A DNA stretch of 64,000 nucleotides from an uncultured Gemmatimonadales bacterium (GTDB lineage Bacteria > Gemmatimonadota > Gemmatimonadetes > Gemmatimonadales > GWC2-71-9), in contig CAVSLV010000002.1 in NCBI GenBank assembly GCA_963728915.1, positions 33,457 to 97,456 of the forward strand. The letters run 5' to 3'. A program made the translations under genes and the position numbers. This document shows, one piece after another, positions 18,522 through 25,677 of this stretch (position 1 is its first letter; each line of letters begins with the position of its first letter). The notes under the pieces were generated by a model that did not search any database, was not told where the DNA came from, and saw nothing but the letters and a program-made list of their open reading frames with translations.

Positions 18522-20384
18522 ATGACACCGACCGACGGGGCGGAATTGTTCCGAGGCCAGGCAGATGGCTCCGCCCGCGTGGTCCCCGATTCTCCCCCCC
18601 TGCCCCCCGAGGAGTCGGAGAGCCTCGATGTCTGGGGTTTTCGCGGCGCCGGCTTCGAGCTGCTCCAGAACGGCAGCGTGATCCTCCGGGGCGACCGATA
18701 CGCCGGAAGCGGTGTCGAGCTGCCCGACCTGCTGCCGTGGGTCAAGAGGATCCTCGGGTGCGACATCCAGCCCGGCGACATTCATCGATCGCAATACCCT
18801 CCCGAGATTCCCGAGCCGCGCCTCCCTCCCGTTCTGCTCCGGGAGATCGGTGAGATTCTTCCCGAATCCGCCATCTCGACCGATCCCGAGCAAAGGCTCC
18901 GCCGGGGTCACGGGCATACCCTGGAAGAGATGTGGGCGATCAAGTACGGGAGAATCGAGCGGGTGCCCGACGTGGTGGTGTTCCCCGAAACCGACCAGCA
19001 GGTGAGCGCGCTGGTGCAGGCGGCGCTGCGTCATGACGCGTGCCTGGTTCCCTACGGCGGCGGCACCAACGTGACCGATGCCTTGCGCTGCCCCCCGGAC
19101 GAAGATCGCACCATCCTCGCGGTGGACCTGGCGCGGATGAACCGGATTCGCTGGATCGATCCGGTCAACCGCATGGCGTGCATCGAGGCCGGCGCGGTGG
19201 GCCGCCATATCCAGACCGGTTTGGCCGCGATGGGATTCACCCTCGGGCACGAGCCCGACAGCGTCGAGTTCTCGACTCTGGGCGGCTGGATCGCCACCTA
19301 CGCCAGCGGGATGAAGAAGAATCGCTACGGCAACATCGAGGACCTGGTGCTCGACGTGGAGGTGGTCACCCCGCTTGGCGAGCTCCGCCACGCGCCGTTT
19401 CCCCGGGAGTCGGCCGGGCTCGACCCGCGGCGCTGGATCTTCGGCTCGGAGGGCTCGCTCGGGATCGTCACCAGCGCGGTGGTCAAGATCTTTCCCCTGC
19501 CCGAGGTGCAGCGCTACGACGCGCTGCTCTTTCCCGACTTCGAAACCGGGGTGCGTTTTCTCTATGACCTGACCCGCGAAGCCGTCCCCCCCGCGAGCGT
19601 TCGGCTGGTCGACAACCTGCAGTTCCAGCTGAGTCAGACGCTCAAGCCCAGAGCGGAAGGTGCCGGGGCCCTGAAACGCAAGATCGAGAAATTCCTGGTG
19701 ACCCGCCTCAAGGGATTCGAGCCGGAGAGCATGGTCGCGTGCACCCTGGTGTACGAGGGAACCAGTCGCGAGGTCGCTTCGCAGGAAGGGTCGGTCGCGA
19801 GTCTGATGCGGCGTCACCGGGGCATGCGGGCCGGCGCCGAGAACGGGCGCCGGGGCTATCAGCTCACCTTCGGCATCGCCTATCTCCGCGACTTCGTGAT
19901 GCGGCACTGGGTCCTGGGCGAGTCGTTCGAGACGGCGGTCCCGTGGAGCCGGGTACTCTCACTCTGCGACAACGTGAAGCAGCGACTCCATGCCGAGTGC
20001 GCCGCGCGTGGAGTTCCTGGACGGCCATTCGTCACCGCGCGGGTGACTCAGCTCTACCAGACCGGGGTCTGTGTGTATTTCTATTTCGGGTTCTACCACA
20101 AAGGCCTGGCCGATCCGCTGGCCACCTACCTGGATCTCGAACGGGCCGGGCGCGAAGAAATTCTCTCTTCGGGAGGCTCGATCTCCCATCATCACGGCGT
20201 TGGCAAGATCCGACGGGGATTTCTGACCAGGATATTCTCGCCGGCGGTGCTCGAATGGAGCGGCGAGATCAAGCGGGCCGTCGATCCCAACAATGTGTTC
20301 GGAATCGGCAACCTCACCGGGGGTCAGGCCGGGGTCAGAGCAGGGTCAGACCCCGGCCTGACCCCGCTCCAGGTGAAGGCATGA
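18522..20384 (+). CDS. Alkyl-dihydroxyacetonephosphate synthase (AGPS-like FAD-linked oxidase)
   Basis: The AGPS-type N-terminus is WGF..AGF...G.V.L.G.RY...G..LP.LLPW. An FAD_binding_4 core is present. The HHH loop SISHHHGVGKIR is characteristic of AGPS. Confidence 0.85.
   Translation: MTPTDGAELFRGQADGSARVVPDSPPLPPEESESLDVWGFRGAGFELLQNGSVILRGDRYAGSGVELPDLLPWVKRILGCDIQPGDIHRSQYPPEIPEPRLPPVLLREIGEILPESAISTDPEQRLRRGHGHTLEEMWAIKYGRIERVPDVVVFPETDQQVSALVQAALRHDACLVPYGGGTNVTDALRCPPDEDRTILAVDLARMNRIRWIDPVNRMACIEAGAVGRHIQTGLAAMGFTLGHEPDSVEFSTLGGWIATYASGMKKNRYGNIEDLVLDVEVVTPLGELRHAPFPRESAGLDPRRWIFGSEGSLGIVTSAVVKIFPLPEVQRYDALLFPDFETGVRFLYDLTREAVPPASVRLVDNLQFQLSQTLKPRAEGAGALKRKIEKFLVTRLKGFEPESMVACTLVYEGTSREVASQEGSVASLMRRHRGMRAGAENGRRGYQLTFGIAYLRDFVMRHWVLGESFETAVPWSRVLSLCDNVKQRLHAECAARGVPGRPFVTARVTQLYQTGVCVYFYFGFYHKGLADPLATYLDLERAGREEILSSGGSISHHHGVGKIRRGFLTRIFSPAVLEWSGEIKRAVDPNNVFGIGNLTGGQAGVRAGSDPGLTPLQVKA
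20320..20365 (+). promoter_or_regulatory. Perfect 17-bp stem hairpin inside the last codons of the AGPS gene, 15 nt before the next start codon
   Basis: GGGGTCAGGCCGGGGTC (20320-20336) pairs with GACCCCGGCCTGACCCC (20349-20365) across a 12-nt loop. It contains three tandem GGGTCAG units. Confidence 0.7.
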
Positions 20385-22693
20385 GCGCCCCGCGCGAGTT
20401 TTTACTCACCGGGGTCACCGGATTCCTGGGCAAGGTCGTCCTGGAAGAGCTGGTGCGCCGGCGCGAAGAGCTGGGCGTCGAGCGAGTCCACGTCATCATC
20501 CGCCCTCGCAAGGGCCTGACGCCGGAAGAGCGGTTCACGCAGGAAGTCGCCGCTTCCGGGTGTTTTGCCGGGCTCCCACCCGGCTGGGCCGATGCCATCT
20601 CGATCGTCGAGGGTACCCTCGAGAAACCCTGTCTCGGCATCTCCCCGGAAGCGCGGGAGAGACTGGGCACCCGGGTAACCCACATCCTGCACGCTGCCGC
20701 CTCGGTGAGCTTCGACCTTCCCCTCAATGAAGCCGCCCGGTCCAACGTGGATACCACCGTGCACCTGCTGGAGCTGGCCCGCGCCTGTCGCCGGCTGCAA
20801 CGTCTGGTGTACGTCTCAACCGCGTACGTCACCCCGCATCCCGGCAACGGAACACCCATCCCCGAGGCACTCGCCCCGCTCCCCTGGGCGCCCGAAGAGC
20901 TGTATCGCATGATCCAGCAGGGCGACGCGGACGAGAAGGCGTTGCTCAAGGAATCGCGGCACCCCAATACCTACACTCTCACCAAGTGCCTCGCCGAGCA
21001 TCTGCTGGTGGCCCGCCGTGGGGAGGTCCCTCTCTCCATCGTGCGTCCCAGCATCATCTCGGCGAGCTGGAAACATCCCTTTCCGGGGTGGATCGACAGC
21101 ATGGCGGGGTTCGGCGGCTTCGTCGTGTTGATCGGGTTAGGCCACCTGCGGGTCGTGGCCGCGAACCCGTCGGCCCGGATTGACGTGGTCCCCGTGGATA
21201 TGGTGGCCAACCGGATGCTCGACGAATGTGAGCATCCCTCGACCGAACCCGCGCCGGTCATTCGTCACGCGGTGTCCGGGCTGGCCAGCACCCCGCGGGT
21301 GCTCGACTGCTGGGACCGAATCCAGGAGTTTTTCCTGGTCCATCGGGTGGACCGGCGGCCGGTGATCCGGTACGTCGGGCCTCGGGGAGTCCGGTTCGCC
21401 ATCGCCGAGAGCCTGCACCATCGTTTGGCGGTCCGGCTCGCCGGGATCCGCTCGGCCGCTCTGCGTCGCTCCGGGGCCCAGTTGCTCTCCCGGCTCATCT
21501 ATCTGAACCGGGCGTTCCCCTACTTCACCTCGAATTCGTTCGACTTCCGGAGCAGCCACGCCCCGGAGCCGGGGTTCGAGCCGGGCGAATACGTCACCAC
21601 CGTGTGCCGCGGCATCTACCGCCACATGCTCGACCGGGACGAGACCGAGTGGACCCTGGCCGGACGCAAGCAGCGCGGGTTAGGCGAGAGCGACTTCCAC
21701 TGGGCCTTTACCCAGCCGGCCGGGAACCTCTGGATCCGGACCGCCGCCTGGATCACCACCAAGATGCTCCGCCGCGCGGCCGAGCGGATCACCGTGGACA
21801 TCCCGTCCTTCCAGGCGGCCCGCCGCGCCGCGGCTGCCGGGGAGCCCATCGCCCTGGTGCCCAACCACCGGAGCTATCTGGATTTCGTCCTCTGCTCCTA
21901 TCTGTGTTTCGCCCGCCCCGATCTCGGGATCGGGATTCCCTACATCGCGGCGGCGATCGAGTTCGGCCGGATTCCGTTCCTCGGCAGGATCCTGACCTGG
22001 CTCCATGCGTTCTATGTCCGCCGGGGAACCGGTCCTGATCCTGACCTGACCCGCCGGGTCCATGACCTGGTGAGCCAGGGCAAGACCCTCGAGTTCTTCG
22101 TGGAGGGACAGCGGAGTCGTTCCCGCGAGTTCCTCCCGCCCAAGCGGGGCCTCCTCCGTGTGCTTCAGGCCACGGGACAGCCGTTCACTCTGCTGCCGGT
22201 GGCGTTCACCTACGACCGGGTTCCCGAAGAGCAAAGCTTCGCGAAGGAGCTGGCTGGAGCGCCCAAGCCGAAGATGCGGCTCGGTGGACTGCTTCGCTGG
22301 ACATGGCGGGCCTGGCGCGGCAAGGTGCACCTGGGCCGGATCCACATCGCGTGTGGCACGCCGGTCCGACTCCAACAGAGCAGCGACGTCCAGATGGTCG
22401 CCGACGAAGTCATTCAACGACTCGAGGAGGCGACCGTCGCGACCACCTATCACCTGGAAGCGTTTCTGGCCCGGTATGCCCTCGACGGTCTCGACTCCCA
22501 TGCCCTCAAGCGGGAGATCGAGCTGCGGGGTGGTCGGGTGCTGGAGAGTCCGCTTCGCCCCGAGACCGGCCTCGATGCCAGGATCGCGCACAGCTTCCGC
22601 TACCAGTTCCAGCACTATTTCCGCACTGGAAACGACGAAGTTCCCTTCGACCGGATTCTTTCCGACATTCGAGAGCGCGAGCCGGTCGGGTGA
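20381..22693 (+). CDS. Bifunctional fatty acyl-CoA/ACP reductase (FAR) plus DHAP/glycerol-phosphate acyltransferase (GNPAT/PlsB-like) fusion
   Basis: ATGA overlap with the AGPS gene. The N-terminal half has LLTGVTGFLGKVVLEEL and NTYTLTKCLAEH, the male-sterility/FAR NAD-binding domain. The C-terminal half has VPNHRSYLDFVLCSY (H-x4-D) and FFVEGQRSRSREFLPPKRGLL. Confidence 0.85.
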   Translation: MSAPREFLLTGVTGFLGKVVLEELVRRREELGVERVHVIIRPRKGLTPEERFTQEVAASGCFAGLPPGWADAISIVEGTLEKPCLGISPEARERLGTRVTHILHAAASVSFDLPLNEAARSNVDTTVHLLELARACRRLQRLVYVSTAYVTPHPGNGTPIPEALAPLPWAPEELYRMIQQGDADEKALLKESRHPNTYTLTKCLAEHLLVARRGEVPLSIVRPSIISASWKHPFPGWIDSMAGFGGFVVLIGLGHLRVVAANPSARIDVVPVDMVANRMLDECEHPSTEPAPVIRHAVSGLASTPRVLDCWDRIQEFFLVHRVDRRPVIRYVGPRGVRFAIAESLHHRLAVRLAGIRSAALRRSGAQLLSRLIYLNRAFPYFTSNSFDFRSSHAPEPGFEPGEYVTTVCRGIYRHMLDRDETEWTLAGRKQRGLGESDFHWAFTQPAGNLWIRTAAWITTKMLRRAAERITVDIPSFQAARRAAAAGEPIALVPNHRSYLDFVLCSYLCFARPDLGIGIPYIAAAIEFGRIPFLGRILTWLHAFYVRRGTGPDPDLTRRVHDLVSQGKTLEFFVEGQRSRSREFLPPKRGLLRVLQATGQPFTLLPVAFTYDRVPEEQSFAKELAGAPKPKMRLGGLLRWTWRAWRGKVHLGRIHIACGTPVRLQQSSDVQMVADEVIQRLEEATVATTYHLEAFLARYALDGLDSHALKREIELRGGRVLESPLRPETGLDARIAHSFRYQFQHYFRTGNDEVPFDRILSDIREREPVG

Positions 22694-23700
22694 GCACCGG
22701 GCCAGCCTGGCTGGTGACCGGGGCCACCGGCTTTCTCGGCCGCCATGTCCTGACGCACCTCGCGGGAGAGTCCGACCCACCTCGGGTGCTCGCCCTGATC
22801 CGGGATCGCAGCGAGTGGAGCAGGCTCGCCTGGGCCCGCGATCTCGCCTTTGTGACTCCGCTCGAGGGCGACATCACCGATCCGGCGCTGATCGATCGGA
22901 TCGGGCCGGATGTGACGCCGCTTGCCGGCATCCTTCACCTCGCTGCCCTGGTATGTCACCGCCCGAGCGAGGCGGACCGGGTCCTGCGTGTCAACGTGGA
23001 CGGTACTGCCAACCTGGTCCGCCTCGCCGCCGCGCATCGCTGTCGCATGGTGTTTGTCTCGACCTCCGGCACCGTGGGTTGTTTCCGCGAACCGAACCGT
23101 TCGGCCGATGAGGACTCGCCGTATTGTTACGCGGAAGTACGCGGCTGGCCCTACTACCGCTCAAAAATTCTCGCCGAGGAGCGGGCCCGCGCGCTCGCGG
23201 CCGAGCTCGGTGTCGATCTGGTCATCGCGCGTCCGCCGATCCTGCTTGGCCCGGACGATCACCGGCATCGATCCACCAACCACGTGCGGCGGCTCCTCGA
23301 GGGCAAGGTGCCGGTGGTGGTCCGCGGCGGGATGCACTTCGCCGACGTGCGCGACGTTGCGAGCGCCCTGACCCGGATCATGTCCCGGCCAACCACGCGG
23401 CCGGTGTATCATCTTCCCGGGATTCAGTGCTCGATCCAGGCCTTCTACGACGACATTGCCCGGCGTTCGGGCGCGCGTCCGCCGCGAGGCGTTGTGCCGT
23501 ACCGCCTCGCGTGGACCGCCTCGAAGCTGTTCAGGATCCTGGGACTCTCGGTCCTTCCCGAGCCGGCCCTGGTGGAGATGGCGGCGCACTACTGGGGGAT
23601 TCACTCGAAATACGCCGAAGCGGACCTCGGGTACCGGACCCGTCCGGGAGAACAAACCCTGCAAGACACCATCGACTGGCTTCGCCGGGAGGCCCAATGA
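22690..23700 (+). CDS. NAD(P)-dependent epimerase/dehydratase-family SDR (candidate acyl/alkyl-DHAP reductase)
   Basis: GTGA overlap with the upstream gene. Motifs LVTGATGFLGRHV and YYRSKILAE (YxxxK). Confidence 0.8.
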   Translation: MSTGPAWLVTGATGFLGRHVLTHLAGESDPPRVLALIRDRSEWSRLAWARDLAFVTPLEGDITDPALIDRIGPDVTPLAGILHLAALVCHRPSEADRVLRVNVDGTANLVRLAAAHRCRMVFVSTSGTVGCFREPNRSADEDSPYCYAEVRGWPYYRSKILAEERARALAAELGVDLVIARPPILLGPDDHRHRSTNHVRRLLEGKVPVVVRGGMHFADVRDVASALTRIMSRPTTRPVYHLPGIQCSIQAFYDDIARRSGARPPRGVVPYRLAWTASKLFRILGLSVLPEPALVEMAAHYWGIHSKYAEADLGYRTRPGEQTLQDTIDWLRREAQ

Positions 23701-24656
23701 CCGCACCACCACGCAGGATGGCGACGCTCTTGATGCTCGTCGCGGCGGTGCCCCTCGGCGCCCAGAGTCTTCCCACCTACAGCCCGCTCAATCCCATGGC
23801 CCAGATGCGATCGGGCCTGACCACCCTGCCCTGGTTCGGGGATGGCCGGACCTGGCATGCCTCCGCCACGCTCGACTACGGCAACGCGATCGAATACTCC
23901 ACTGGACAGGACCTGACCTACATCCTCGATGCCGAGCTTCTCAATGCCCGCTTCCTGGTGTCCCGCAGCATCGGGCGCCGTGGCTTCGTGCTCGGTGAGG
24001 GGAGCGTGCACGGCTCCTACGACGGCTTCCTCGACGGGTTCCTCGACTGGTATCACAATCTGACCGGACTCCACGTCGCGGCGCGGTCGCTTCGGCCCCG
24101 CAATGAATTCGATTACGAGCTGACCATCCAGGATGACGAGTTCCGATACCAGCCCACCAGCTACCTCGGGGACGTCCGGCTTGGTGGGGGGCTTCAGTTC
24201 GGGAAGGGGTGGCAGACCGGGTTATGGGTGACCTTGCCGACCAGCGGTGCCTCGAATGGGTACCGGATGGGGACCGCATCCGTGAACGGCAACCTGATGC
24301 TGCATCGGGACTTTGGGCCGACTGGACGGTTCACCTACGAAGGGAGCATCGGAGTTGGGGTGACGCCACGCCATGGCGAGCTCGAACGATGGCAGCGCAC
24401 CGTCTTCTTCATGGTGACGCAGGGGGCCCGGGTCAGGGTGGCGGGGCCGTTCCACGTGTACGCCAACCTGTTCTACGATTCACCCTACTATCGAAACACC
24501 ATGACCCCGGAGCTCGACCGGAAGGAGCTCACCCTCGACGCAGGGCTGCTGTTTCGGTTCCGCCACGGACCAGCGTGGCTCCTGAGCATGACCCAGGATC
24601 TCTCGCCCAGCGGCCCGGCGATCGACGTGGCGTTCAGGCTGGGGGTGTACTGGTAG
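23697..24656 (+). CDS. Putative outer-membrane beta-barrel protein of unknown function
   Basis: ATGA overlap with the SDR gene. Signal peptide LLMLVAAVPLGAQS. Alternating-hydrophobic strands and a C-terminal aromatic end FRLGVYW. Confidence 0.6.
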   Translation: MTAPPRRMATLLMLVAAVPLGAQSLPTYSPLNPMAQMRSGLTTLPWFGDGRTWHASATLDYGNAIEYSTGQDLTYILDAELLNARFLVSRSIGRRGFVLGEGSVHGSYDGFLDGFLDWYHNLTGLHVAARSLRPRNEFDYELTIQDDEFRYQPTSYLGDVRLGGGLQFGKGWQTGLWVTLPTSGASNGYRMGTASVNGNLMLHRDFGPTGRFTYEGSIGVGVTPRHGELERWQRTVFFMVTQGARVRVAGPFHVYANLFYDSPYYRNTMTPELDRKELTLDAGLLFRFRHGPAWLLSMTQDLSPSGPAIDVAFRLGVYW

Positions 24657-24876
24657 CCAGAAACTGCTCCATGTGCTGAAGCAGAAAGGTCCGCGCCTCG
24701 GGTTCCCGCACGTTCAATCCATAGTGGTTGATGAGCTGTTGCTGAAACTTGAGCCACTCGGCCCAGCACACCGCGCAAATCTCCTGGAAGAGTCGCTGGC
24801 CCATCGGGGTCGGAAAGGGAGGGAAGGACTGCTGATCGCGGGTCTGACCGCAGCGCACACACGTGATGTCGGGCAT
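24634..24876 (-). CDS. YggX-like Fe(2+)-trafficking / oxidative damage protection protein
   Basis: An 80-aa protein. Its C..C, CAVCWAEWLKFQQQLINHYGLN and FL pattern matches the YggX family. Confidence 0.8.
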   Translation of the reverse strand: MPDITCVRCGQTRDQQSFPPFPTPMGQRLFQEICAVCWAEWLKFQQQLINHYGLNVREPEARTFLLQHMEQFLATSTPPA

Positions 24877-24884
24877 GCTGAAAA

Positions 24885-25235
24885 CTACTCGGGTCCCGGC
24901 TTCTCTCCGCGATTCACCGTTTCCCGTTGCGCTTCGGCGCGCTGCGCCAGCATCCGTTCCGCAAAATCGAGTCGCTCCTGGGTCTCGATCATCTCGTGGC
25001 GGAGCTCCGCCAATTGATCTTCGACCGAGTCGAGGTGGGCCGGAAGGTCATTCGCCGCGATGGACCTCGGTCTTTCCCGGATCCGCACCGCCCACAATCC
25101 GAATCCCACCGCAAGGAGGAGGTGGACAATAGGATGGAGCCCGCCTCCCATCCTGGCATAGTAGCCCGCGGCCAGCAGGTTGAGCCCGCCAAGCACCACC
25201 GCAACTGGAAACCATCTCCGCGAAGAAAACTCCAT
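24885..25235 (-). CDS. Small membrane protein (2 TM) with C-terminal coiled-coil module
   Basis: Two hydrophobic helices are followed by VEDQLAELRHEMIETQERLDFAERMLAQ. Confidence 0.55.
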   Translation of the reverse strand: MEFSSRRWFPVAVVLGGLNLLAAGYYARMGGGLHPIVHLLLAVGFGLWAVRIRERPRSIAANDLPAHLDSVEDQLAELRHEMIETQERLDFAERMLAQRAEAQRETVNRGEKPGPE

Positions 25236-25244
25236 GCTCCAGGC

Positions 25245-25523
25245 TCAGGCCTCCCGGCGAAGCGCGGCGACTCCACTCCGCGCGCCGAGCCCGGCGCCCA
25301 GTCCAATCACCGCAACCGTGGTCCCGCTGATCAGGGGAAGCAGGGTGAAGGGAGCCGCGACCAGGAGTCCCGCGCCACCCACGATCCAGGGGACCAGGGA
25401 CGACCGAGCCGAATCCACGAACCGAAGCCTGCGCCGAATGAATCCACGAGCAAAACCGAAGGCGAGAACGCCGCCAGTCGCTGCGATCGCGATGGCGATG
25501 ATGCTCCACAGGGTGCTGAACAC
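25245..25523 (-). CDS. Small hydrophobic membrane protein
   Basis: A 92-aa ORF with 2-3 predicted TM helices, immediately upstream of 24885-25235 on the same strand. Confidence 0.5.
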   Translation of the reverse strand: MFSTLWSIIAIAIAATGGVLAFGFARGFIRRRLRFVDSARSSLVPWIVGGAGLLVAAPFTLLPLISGTTVAVIGLGAGLGARSGVAALRREA

Positions 25524-25677
25524 GGTGCCGACTCCTTGGAATGATAAGTTTCAATACGAAACGACTCGGGAGAAGTTTCGGGCCTCCGCTGCCCGGACCC
25601 CTCCCAGCCGATCCGGCTATCACCCGCCAGCCGCGACGTTCGGCTGACCGTGATCGTATTCACCGGTACAGATACCT

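Noticed and set aside
20320-20350. Three tandem GGGTCAG units, considered as a possible CRISPR-like or microsatellite array.
   Set aside because: There are only three short, irregularly spaced units, all inside a coding region, and they form part of a single hairpin. There are no spacers and no cas genes.
19739-20380. N-terminal extensions of track ORFs that run through the preceding gene. Examples are 19739-22693 (984 aa), 22303-23700, 23124-24656, 33920-35755, 34531-36237, 40449-41987, 56809-58902 and 49391-51466.
   Set aside because: In each case the extension is an alternative frame of a well-supported upstream gene. A start codon sits exactly at a 1-4-nt overlap with that gene's stop, where the recognisable protein (signal peptide or Rossmann motif) begins.
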